From Macrostomum hystrix (taxonomy: Eukaryota > Animalia > Platyhelminthes), in assembly GCA_950097015.1 (NCBI GenBank), contig CATNEN010000009.1, forward strand, positions 1 through 64,000: a DNA stretch of 64,000 nucleotides, in the 5' to 3' direction. Shown here piece by piece: positions 26,943 through 37,830 of the stretch. Numbering within the stretch: position 1 is the stretch's first letter; the number at the start of each line of letters is the position of its first letter. Made by a program: the position numbers and the translations under genes. The notes beneath the pieces were generated by a model that worked only from the letters and a program-made list of their open reading frames with translations, made no database searches and had not been told where the DNA came from.

Positions 26943-29900
26943 GTGCAACGGCCGGGCCATGACGACAAGCAGGCCTCCACGCCACTTGTTGCCGCACAAG
27001 TTTTTGGTTCCGACATTAAATTCATCGTTGACACTGGCGCTGAGAGATCTCTGCTCCCTCCAAGTTTCGTTCCGCTCAACCTCATATCTCCCTGTAACGT
27101 CCGCCTCCGAGGAGTCAGCGGTCACGAAATTCATCTGCATGGTCAATCGTCGGTCACATTCTCCATTAATGGCCTGCGGCGTATGTTTCGTGTCGATTTC
27201 ATTATTGCTAACACGGCCCCTATACTCGGCTCGGATTTTTTGACTCAATACGAACTGCTTATCGACATGGGTTCCAGATGCATCCGCGACCCACTCACTT
27301 CCCTTTCCGCACCACTGTGTTTTGAACACACCAAAGGTTTTATACCTCCCTCTGTTCATGTTGTTGCTGCCGCACCAGTTAGTCACGTTCTATTGCCGTT
27401 TCCTGATCTAACGGCTTCGCCCGATTACTCAGTCCTTCCTGCAACGCCAGTGACTCATCAAATCATCACCACTGGAAAACCAGTATTCTGCAAACCTCGC
27501 CCACTGTCTCCTGCTAAGTATGCTGTTGCCAAAGCTGAATTTGACAAGCTCCTGCAAATGGGCATCGTTCGCCCGTCTTCTAGTCCGTGGGCCTCACCGC
27601 TCCACATGGTCAAGAAGCCCGACGGATCTTGGCGACCGTGTGGAGACTACCGCGCCCTTAACAGCGTAACAACTCCCGACCGATATCCGTTGCCTCATCT
27701 TCGACATTTTCATCACCACTTACGAGGCAGCAATGTTTTCAGCAAACTGGATCTTGTCAAGGCATACCACTTCATTCCTATGGCTGAGGAGGACATTGCC
27801 AAAACCGCGATTTGCACCCCTTTTGGATCCTTTGAATACACGAGGATGCCATTCGGCCTGCGGAACTCCGGCAGTACATTTCAACGGTTCATCGACTCCC
27901 TTTTCCGTGGTCTGGATTGTGCAATCACGTATGTTGACGACGTCCTGATCCACAGCAAATCGGAGGAGGAGCACCACAGGGATGTGGAATCCGTTTTACA
28001 GAGACTGCGCCATGAAGGCTTGCGAGTAAATCCTGAAAAATGTCAATTTTTTCAAAAGGAAATTGAATTCCTCGGTCACCTAATCTCTGCCCAAGGCATT
28101 CAACCAATTCCATCTCGTCTAGACGCACTTCGCAAACTCTCACCTCCGCGCGATTTCAAGAGTCTACAGAGAATACTGGGTATGTTTGGTTTCTATCAAC
28201 GTCACATTCCAAACTACGCCCACATTATTCAACCTCTTCGATCATTGAGTGATGACTCCTACGAGTGGACTGCTCACCACGATGCAGCTTTCCAGAAACT
28301 TAAGGATAGTTTATCCTCCGCTGTTACCCTCGCCTTTCCTGATCCTACAGCTACTTTCACCATAACGTCCGACGCCAGTTCTTTTGCGATTGGTGCCAGT
28401 CTTCATCAGGTAGTTGAAGGAAACTCCTCACCGATAGCGTTTTTCTCACGTAAGCTAACAACTACCGAATGCTCATACAGCGCCTTCGACCGTGAGCTCC
28501 TGGCTGTGTTCGCTGCAGTAAAAACCTGGCGCCATCACATTCATGGTCATCCGACAACTGTGTTTTGCGACCACAAACCACTGATAGGCGCGTTCCATAG
28601 TACCAAAGAACGCCTCTCGGATCGACAGCAACGCCAATTATCCACCATCACGGAATACGTCACGGAAATTGTACATATCCCGGGCACCAAAAACGTCGTT
28701 GCTGACACTCTGTCCCGCGATGTCACCGATACATACGGCGTCAATGTCATTGAAGACGCAGACAACCCAATCATTCAACTACCTGCCGACCTCCCGGCAA
28801 TCGCGCGAGCACAAAAAGAAATGGGAATAACTGGTGACCAGTTTAGTCCTTTTGACATTGGTCTACTTGACTGTCCACTCTACTGCGAGACGTCACAACC
28901 CAATCCTCGCCCTTTCGTTCCGGAGAGTCTACGTCGGCAGATCGTCCTAGCTCTTCACGAAATTTCACATGCTGGAGTCAAGGCCACACTACGCCTAGTT
29001 GCCCATCGTTTTTTTGGCCATGTATGAAATCCGACGTACAGAATTGGACAGCTTCATGTCTCCAGTGCCAAGCCGCCAAAGTTGGGCGCCACATTCAACG
29101 CCCACTTCATTTCCTACCGTGCCCCACACAGCGTTTTACGACTGTCCACATGGATTTAGTGGGACCACTTCCACCTCCGGAGCCCGACGACTTATCAACA
29201 CCGCAGCCCCGCTACCTTCTTACCGTAATAGATTCATTTACTCGCTGGATTGAAGCCGTTCCGCTGCAAACCATTTCGGCTGCTGCAGTCGCACGTGCTT
29301 TTGTCGACCATTGGGTCTGTCGCTTTGGACCACCATTAACCCTGGTTACTGATCAAGGGACACAGTTTCGCTCAGAGCTGATGGCCGACCTGGTGACCCT
29401 TCTCGGTGTTCACCACATCCGCACCTCAGCTTACAATCCGAAAGCTAACGGAATGATAGAACGCTCTCATCGCTCTCTCAAAGCCAGTCTTCGCGCACGA
29501 GGTCGTTCATGGCTATCTCAACTGAACGTCGTTCTTTTTGGTCTGCGCATTCATCCGGATGACACCGGTAACTCTCCCTTTTCTACCGTAACCGGCGAAC
29601 AACCACTTGTTCCGCCAGTCGTTACTGACGATTCCAACAATCGAAAACTCGCACAAAGCCTTCACAGTTTATTCTTCCCGTACCGACTGCCACGGACGCA
29701 GCATCGACCAGTTCACCTTCCGTCCGCTCTATCAACCTGTGAATTTGCTTGGCTTCGATTAGATCGCGTGAGAAAACCATTGGAAGCACCATATCAGGGC
29801 CCTTTCAAGGTCGTCCACCGTTCCGCTGACACAATGACCCTGGATATCAAGGGCAAACCTCAAGTGGTATCAATCGAACGCATCAAACCGGCACGTCTGC

Positions 29901-30028
29901 CAAATCCTGCACCCCAGACGCGCTCAATGACCAATTCAAACCCTGTTATAAGCCCAGTTTTTCAAGTGCAACAACGCCCCATAAAACGCGTCCATTTTAA
30001 TGACAATGTAACTGTTCTTACTCGTTGA
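26943..30028 (+). pseudogene. Gypsy B pol (PR-RT-RH-IN) with one frameshift
   Basis: Motifs IVDTGAE, YVDD, TSDASS and integrase VHMDLVG/TDQG/IERSH. A 1-nt shift falls in the T run near 29010-29020. Confidence 0.93.
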
Positions 30029-30291
30029 GGGGGGAGTGTTTGTAGCGTCTAAAACGAACTTTTATTTCAGACTTAGTTACGACTCTAACTTTCTTTTATT
30101 TCCATAGACAACCCCACTTGTTCCACCAAGAATACTAGGATACTAGCCTTCCCTTTTTCCCATAGATTAACTGTACCAGCTCAATTAAATAAAGCCGACC
30201 ACGGGGGCCAAGGCTCCCCTTCTTAACCCTGCTAAGAGAAATACAAGTTCACCGCCTTAGCTTAATTTGTTTTGGCTAAGAGCCACAACCT

Positions 30292-32021
30292 AATTTCTCC
30301 ACCAAAATCGCCCCACTGAATGACCTTCGAAAGGGAAGCTCGCCCTTCGTCTGGTCCGACGAGTGCGCTCACGCATTTGAGGGGCTCAAGCGAGAAATAT
30401 CATCCAGGCCTGTGGTGCAGCCATATAGCCTCGAAAAAGAGGCCACTCTCACCACTGACGCCTCCAAAGGTGCGCTTGCTGCTGTTTTGACCCAGGACGG
30501 GCACCCCGTGATTTACATCTCCAGGACTCTCTCATCCGCAGAAGCCAACTACTCAAACATCGAACGAGAGGCACTGGCGATTTTCTGGGCAATCCATAGG
30601 CTTAAACACTATCTGCAGGCCGAAAATTCACCATTCGGACTGATCACCAACCGTTGCTTCGCCTCTTTGGTGGCAGCATTCCATTGAGCACCTCTTCCAG
30701 AATCAGCCGATGGGCGCTGTTTCTAATGCAATTCGATTTAACCCTGGAATACGTACAAGGGACAAAAATTCCGCATGCCGACGCGCTCTCCCGACTCCGG
30801 TTCGAAAACGCTGATCTTGAACCTAGCAGCACCTTTTGGGCGGTAAACTGCGTTGCCTTTGAATCCCCAACCATTGATCCACACAGAATAGCATCCGAAA
30901 TCGATTCAGACGGCCTCCTTCAACGAATAGTTCGCCGCATTCGGTCTGGTGACTGGCGAGGGTGCACACAAGCAGAGGCAGCCTTTAAGAAAGTCGCGGA
31001 ATGCCTGACTCTCGAGAATGGCCTGATCTACATGCGCCGCCGAGCATTCATTCCACCAAGGCTCAGACGAGAGGCCTTCGACGCAGTGCATGACACTCAT
31101 ACGGGTTCCAACGCAGCCCACAAGTTGCTTGCACAGATCTGTTGGTGGCCCGGCATGCAGAGAGATGTGGAGCAATTTGTTTCTCAATGCCGAACATGTA
31201 CTCAGTTAAGACCTCGTCTGCAAAAAACTCGGGACACTTGGCCACCTGCCACCGCTCCATTTCAAAGAGTGCACATGGACTGGGCTTTTGTACCAGCCGT
31301 TGGCAACATTCTCATCGTGGTTGATGCGTACTCGGGCTGGATAGAAGCTTTCCCCACAAAGGACAGATCAGCAGACAGTGTCATCAACTCGTTGCGAACA
31401 GTTTTTACTCGCTTTGGTGTTCCGGAGCTAGTTGTTTCGGACAACGCAGCGGAGTTCACCTCGGCTCCACTATTGGCCTGGTTGGAAAGGAACGGTGCTC
31501 GTAAGATGGAGAGCCCTCCATACTCCCCTCAATCTAATGGTGCAGCCGAGCGAGCCGTCCAGACAATCAAGAAGGCCTTGCAGGCATGGACCCAGCGTCT
31601 AACACATGGCAGCTTTGTCGCTTTTTTGCAGAAGGCTCTGCTACATCATCGCAATTCTTCAACTTCACGCGGACGAACACCTGCCGAGCTCGTGCTAGGA
31701 CGGCGACTTCGAGTTCCGGTGGTCTGCACCTTCCAGCAGGGCGACCCGGTGCAGTTCAAGGCAAACGGCGACACCACCAGCTCTCGAGCTGAGTTCCTGA
31801 TGTCGCAGGGGCGCAACACCTCCTGGCTACTGACGGGCGCCAAACTACAACTGGCCTCAAACAATCAATTGGGCCCGCTGGTTCCTGCCTCTGAGACCGA
31901 TGAGGAGGAAGAAGCAGTTCACCAACAACCACAAGCCAATATGCCTGAGTTTCCCCCGGAGATCGCTCCGACAAGAAGAAGCACTAGGGTGAGGAATCCC
32001 CCAAATCGCTTTGTGCCGTAG
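30292..32021 (+). pseudogene. Gypsy A RNase H-integrase (3' part of pol)
   Basis: TTDASK, NYSNIEREALA, HDTH...CRTC, VHMDW, SDNAAEF and AERAV. A 1-nt frameshift falls near 30618. Confidence 0.92.
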
Positions 32022-32143
32022 GCTCAGACTGAGTAAACTATGATCGCGTCATTTCACTGACTTTGCGAAGTCTATTAACTAGTTCTTAAAGTTTGTTTGT
32101 TTGACTGGACGTTACCCATTGTCTTCCTTTGCAGATGGGGACA

Positions 32144-32358
32144 TGTGGTAGTGGCTGCTAGCTAGAGCTAGCGTTGTTGCACTTTTCCCGATAATATCCT
32201 TGTAATGTCTATGGTCTCTAATTCTCAACCTGCTATAGGTTCCTAAGCTTTCGTTCCCAGCCTCTCACTTATGTTATAATCTCTTTGCTTGAATAAACGC
32301 TATGCTACGTACACAACGTTAACGCAAAAGCACCAACAGCTTCATCCAAACTACGACA
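32144..32358 (+). repeat. 3' LTR of Gypsy A
   Basis: Matches 14896-15110 except at 2 positions. Confidence 0.97.
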
Positions 32359-32589
32359 AGTAAATAGAGTCAGTCTCAACCGACAATTATTTTCCAAAAT
32401 TATAAAATCATGCTCTAAGTGAAATCTCAGGGTAAGATCTCATAATGAGATTAAGGTGAGATAAAAGACATATGCATGTTAGGTATAGACATATGCATAG
32501 GCAATCTCAGCCTAAGATATATATACTTTACATATGAGGGGCGAATCAGGGAACTTGAGGGGCGAATCGGGCCTACTGGGAAACGCCCC

Positions 32590-32992
32590 TCGATTTGGGA
32601 AAAGCGCCTCTAACCTCCGTGGGATCCACGCCTCATATCCCTAACCCCTGGCCTCGGAATCCTCCTAAGTCCTAACCCATTTTTTCTCCCATTTGTTAAT
32701 TTTTTACCCCTGCTCAACTCCCATTTGTTAATTGTAACCCCTACCCTCTTTTTATTCGCTCCCGACCCTCGCGCCCATCTTTTTAATATAAATTTATTAT
32801 TATATATACAAATATACCCGCCACACCTTAGACTCTTCACTTAACTAGCTCTTGATAAAGGCAAACCCGCCGAAACGCGTCGAGCATTTTAAAACCAAAA
32901 ATTCCGCCTGTCTCCTCTTAGACTTTTTTTATTAAGCAGTCGACCGGAACCGGATCGGTTCCTAACTCCTAACCCTAACCCTACCCTAACCC
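32590..32992 (+). mobile_element. 5'-truncated Penelope-like pseudo-LTR fragment ending in telomeric repeats
   Basis: C/T-rich segment, then a hammerhead motif, then CCTAACTCCTAACCCTAACCCTACCCTAACCC (32961-32992). It is homologous to the reverse strand of 45750-45840. Confidence 0.7.
32848..32885 (+). ncRNA. Minimal type I hammerhead ribozyme motif (U3-A8 variant)
   Basis: GCTC-TTGATAA-A-GGC(AAACCC)GCC-GAAACGCGTC-GAGC: stem I GCTC/GAGC, a 3-bp stem II and palindromic stem III ACGCGT. Confidence 0.75.
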
Positions 32993-33199
32993 ATGATTCT
33001 GTCTCCAATAACTACTTGGTTACTACCGCAACCGCAGTGATGGCGTGAGGACTGGTTGGGGTTGGGGTTTATTCTTTCTAGCAATCACGCGGTTGGCTGG
33101 CTGTCCAGCGAACCAGGATCGCCCGCTCGCCCGCCCGCCCCGCTAAATGCTCGATATATAGTAGGTTCGCCAAGTATGCTAGTATGAAATTTACAAACA

Positions 33200-35845
33200 A
33201 TGTCGAGAAGCCACCATTCTAAAGACCCTAAAGAGTGTGCAATCTGCGAGCAGAAGATGAGGCATGACAACCTCATTCGGCACGTCAAAATCGTACACAA
33301 AGAATACGTTCACAGGCTTGACGACCTGAGATGGTATTCTCTGTTTGCGAGTTGTGTAAGCAAAAATGGAGTCATGTGCGGAGTGAAAACATGCTTTGAA
33401 GTACGACTTCATATTCGTGATCATTATCGCTCCCATCATGGCATTCATTCTGCTGACCAGACATACAACAAGTCCGAGCACATGAAGTTGCTTCGTGAAT
33501 TTGCCCTCGCATACCTTGATTCCGCAAAGTCTGCCCTAAAGATGGACAGGCCATTGCCCCCACATCCTTCGACGTGGAAGCGATTTGAAGGCCGAGTTAC
33601 AACACCTGAAGTCGGCATGGTAAGTATTTTATATGTTTTCTGTTTATTTTATGCTAATTAGTTGTTAGAATACCATTTAGCATTTAGCAAACAAAACCAG
33701 TCCATAGCACAAAACACAGATAAATAATATCTTAGCTGTTTGAGCCATTTACTTAGTATTTTTACTATGGCTATTAGTAATTTTTTTAATTTTGTAAATA
33801 CAGATTTGTTTCTTATATTAGGAATCGTAAAGTAATTTCCTAATTGTGCAGAAGGACGGGTAGAGTAAGGATATGGAGAGAGGTAAAGTGATTAGAGAGA
33901 GTAATAGAGTAAGGGGATGGAGACAGGAAGGGTGAGGATAATGAGAGCGGGTAGAGTGGGGAGAGGTAGGGTGATCAGAAGAAAATGGGTGGGAAGTAGG
34001 GAGCGATTATTAGGGAATAGTAAAGTGAGCAGACTGAGAGGGGAAATAAATGAGGAGAAATGGGTGAGTAGAGTATGAAAAGAGAGGGGTGAGTAGGGAG
34101 AGAAATATGGGTATAGTGGGGAGAGAGTGAGAGGTAGATTGAAGAAGTAGAATCTTGGAGTCAGCGGAGAGAGTTGGGTAGAGTGAGAAAAGAGAGGCGG
34201 TTGGCGAGGCGTAGAGTAAAGAGTGATGTATATATGTAGAGTGACGAGTTGGTAGACAAGTAGAGTGACAGAATAAAAAGAAATCCTGTGAGGAGATGGA
34301 GACGAAAGTAGTGGTGATAATGAGAGGGGTAGAATTTGGAGAGAGGAGGCGATAAAATAAGAACAAAATCTGAAAAGTTTGTTCATTAGTTCACCTGCCA
34401 ATATGTGCGACTTTTGGCACACTGAAAGATGGAGCTATTATGAATTGATTTTGTCGGATTATATGGCCATTACTGTGTACAAGAGTTGCTTTCTGTTTTA
34501 TATTCTGATAGTGAGAGGCAAACTATTACCTAGCAGCCTGTGATTAAAAGTGTTGCCATATTTAATCACTTAACTCTTAATCACTTAACACATAGCAAAT
34601 GTGTTACTTTTGGCAGATGTGAAGTACTGTATGTTTAAGCTCAAAAAGGCAAAAAATTTTGTGTTATTTTAACGGTTATAGTGACCCTTCATACAGTTTG
34701 CTTTTTAATAATTATTTTTCGTAATGAATACTTTCAGTTGGAAAATATTATTACTGAGGTTTTTAGGAAAATCTGAGAAAAAATAAAAACAAATCATTTA
34801 TTGTTCCTGCGTGAATGTTACTGTGCAAATAAATATTATAGGTGTATTGCTGTATATTTTAGGCTCATACGTTCTTCTCACTCTCTTTTTTCTCAGGCTC
34901 GGCGCTTTAGGGAAGTACTTCCGGAGCCAAAGGCGAGTTCGACAACGTGCACGGATGCAACTGAAGAACCAGAACTGGCTGAACAACATGTGAGTTACCA
35001 AGCGGGTTTTTTTCGTCAATTCGGAGTGGCTTTGGGCGGAGCTGATTTGGGCGGGTTTACATCACGCAGAGATTTTGGGCGAAGGGAGCTTAGGCGGAGG
35101 TCTCTACTAGGAGGGTGAACTCACGGCAAGTGACTTCAGGCGGAGTGAATTCAGGCGGAGTGACTTCAGGCGGAGTGACTTCAGGCGGAGTGACTTCAGG
35201 CGGAGTGACTTCAGGCGGAGTGACTTTAGGCGAAGGGGCTCCTTTTGGAGTGGCTTTGGGCGGAGTTGATTTGGGGCGGGTTCACCTCACGCGAAGTAAT
35301 TTTGGGTGAAGTGATTTTAGGCGGATTGTCTTTATTCAGAGAGTGAACTCGCGGCGATCGATCGAGTGACTTCAGGCAGAGTGACTTAAGGCGGAGTGCC
35401 TTTATTCGTAGCTGCTTTGGTCTTTATGCGGTTTACCTCACGCAGAGATTTTGGGCGGAGGGAGCTTAGGAGCGGCTTTGGCCGGAGCTGATTTGGGCAG
35501 GTTTACCTCTTTATCTTACAGATCCTTACCTTACAGATAGATAAGGCTAGACAGACATACAGATGGAGATAAACGTACAGACAGATAGGGATGGACAGAC
35601 AGACTGATAGGCAGACAGAGAGATAGAGATAGACAGAGAGAGATACACAGGCAGACAGATAGGCAGACAGATAGGCAGAGAGATAGATAGGGATAGACAG
35701 ATATACGGACAGATAGAGATAGACAGATAGAAACATTATTAGTATTGAAAAACACTTACTGATCATTAACATCTTTAAAATTATCCTGAAATACTATTTC
35801 TTGTTTGTTCCTTCACAGCTGGATGTATCGAAGTACTGCGTGTGA
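33200..35845 (+). CDS. Putative spliced C2H2 zinc-finger protein of unknown function (exons 33200-33619, 34897-34989, 35819-35845)
   Basis: Contains CAICEQKMRHDNLIRHVKIVH. Phase-0 GTAAGT and GTGAGT donors pair with pyrimidine-rich CAG acceptors. The downstream exons are uncertain. Confidence 0.45.
33850..34370. repeat. Purine-rich (GA) low-complexity tract
   Basis: Strong G/A strand bias; the ORFs here are compositional artefacts. Confidence 0.8.
35130..35234. repeat. 15-bp minisatellite GTGACTTCAGGCGGA, 7 copies, with degenerate flanking copies across 35020-35500
   Basis: Tandem copies visible directly. Confidence 0.92.
35540..35730. repeat. Compound (GACA/GATA)n microsatellite
   Basis: Visible directly. 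Confidence 0.85.
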
Positions 35846-37830
35846 AGCACTTTTCGGCACTTGTAAAATTGTGTCCGCTCTGCTGATGCCAGCGTACAAT
35901 GCAACCCTGACGTAGCCAACTATGGCATGATGACTATACCCAAAGCAAAAGCTTCGACGAGTGGCGCTGATGCTGAAACACGCGCCGAAAAAAAGCGGAA
36001 ACAGTCGATCGATTGAGCTAGATCCAAGCTACATGAGCTACAACCAAGCGTTCTGAAACCTGTCGCTAACTGCGCGAGGCCGTCGAAGACGCCGTTCTCC
36101 CCAATGGGCCTCACACCCACAATCCAATACCACCAAGCAAGGGAGCGATAATTAAGGATCTTATAGTTCGGCATCCCCGGCTCCGTTTCCCCAACCAATT
36201 CGAGCTAGATGAGGCGATCCCCAGCTGCTTAAATCGCTGGATGGAAAAGCAGATACAGCCAAACAAAGAAGACTTTTGTTTCCTCGTACTTGACTACCGC
36301 TTTTCGCTCTCTCAGTAAACTTTTTTCGATTTAAATTCGCCCCGCCTCTGTCTGATCTCTGTCGCTTTTTGTGAGGGTAATTAGTAACAGACATGTTAAT
36401 ATTTTATTTCTGGTTTGTCTGGTTTCTTTGTTCAAATACAAATGTGACTCAAATTTTGCTTGCTTAATATAATTTTCCTGACTGCCCTTTTATACACACA
36501 CACCCGTTCCTGACGGCTTAAACCGAAATCGTGCCATAGAATTTTTTTGGTAGAAAATTTTTAACTCACATACACACCCTTCACGACTGAAAGCATGTTT
36601 CAAACAGATTCGCCACGTACGAGTAGTAACTAGGCTAGTAATGAAGTCGGTGACTTATTACGGGATGAGTGAGCCGTGATGCATATCAAAGTACCGACTA
36701 CTGATAAAGACTTATTAAAGACTCTGACTGAGACTGACCCCTGCCCTTTTGTTCTCTCTCCTAGACCCGCCATAAATCCCTTGGCGTTCAGTGATTTTTC
36801 AAACTTTCAATAAAGAGAGGGGGCGCAGTGTCTTTAATCATTCGTCCAACTTTCTTAATTATCAATCCCCGGCTCCCCGCTATATCAAAGTCTAAATTTC
36901 TATTGTCTTGCTAAAGTATGGCCCATTTCAATAAGCCATATATTTTAACAACGCAAAGGAAAGGGAAGGGACCCTCTCTGCACTGCATGTGGAGAGAACT
37001 TAGATAAGATAAACTGAGCCGGGCCATTCACATTAAACAAAAGGGAGGGGCTGGCCCGCTATAGCCCCCTTTAAGCCACAGACACTCGGGCTGAGAGAAC
37101 CCCCCTCCCCTTAGATTTTTATCGATCGGGCGGCACAGCACAGCTTGGCCCCAGCTAATGTACACTCAAACCTCAATAGACAGAAATCTCGTCCCCACAA
37201 AAAACACTGACAAATGCATGTCAGTGAGGGCTGTAGCCTGTGTACTTTAAGTGAAGCTTCAAGCCTTCAACTAATAAAATTTCGGTTTCGATTTTCATGT
37301 GATGCAAAAAAGTTGATCGCAAAAACAGGATGATCTTTCATTAATTACTGCTTACTTCATATTCATACTTCATCAGATAATTAAACTTTCCAAGATATTC
37401 ATTTCAATGTTGGGCACACAATTTATATGCGAAACTTACATACAAGCGGTGCGATTACTTATCCATTTTAGCACAATTTTCACTCAAGGTTGCATTATTT
37501 GTGTGCATGAAAAAAAATCACATTTTATAAATGAAAATCAATACTGTACATCTGAAATGTGATGCACAGCTTTAAGTGACATGCCATTGTCTTGGAAACA
37601 TCTAGACGCATCAATTTAAACCATTTTCAATGACATTGGAGCAAAGAACAACATTTTATTTGAGTAAACTCGAAAATGCAGCTGCTCTTAAAAGTACTGC
37701 ATCGTGTACTGTCGCTCAATCAATGTTTACAGGCAGGCATGGATGCTTTCCTTTTGAAGAGGGCTCTAAATGCTATCCAACGACACCAAACTTGATTCGA
37801 GAAATCGAACAACTAAAATCTTATGAGTAA

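Larger units (their letters stand above)
17132..30287 (+). mobile_element. Ty3/Gypsy LTR retrotransposon B (CsRn1/Kabuki-like Gag), inserted in Gypsy A pol
   Basis: 247-bp LTRs (17132-17378, 30041-30287) with 1 mismatch and a 4-bp TSD ACCT. PPT GAGGGGGGAG precedes the 3' LTR. Removing the element restores the Gypsy A frame (LIP-NFSTKIAPL). Confidence 0.97.
14896..32358 (+). mobile_element. Ty3/Gypsy LTR retrotransposon A (outermost element of the nest)
   Basis: 215-bp TG...CA LTRs with 2 mismatches and a 5-bp TSD AGTAA (14891-14895, 32359-32363). The putative PBS TGGCG follows the 5' LTR and a purine tract GATGGGGACA precedes the 3' LTR. Domain order is gag-PR-RT-RH-IN. Confidence 0.97.

Noticed and set aside
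15021-31974. Numerous antisense and alternative-frame ORFs over gag, pol, helicase and transposase genes
   Set aside because: Shadow ORFs of real coding sequence with no recognisable motifs.
33892-34422. 176-aa and 118-aa minus-strand ORFs
   Set aside because: Leu/Ser/Pro-rich products of a CT-rich low-complexity strand.
36510-36534. CTGACGG...CCGAAATCG hammerhead-like string
   Set aside because: The core lacks A9, and there is no convincing stem I or stem III cleavage triplet.
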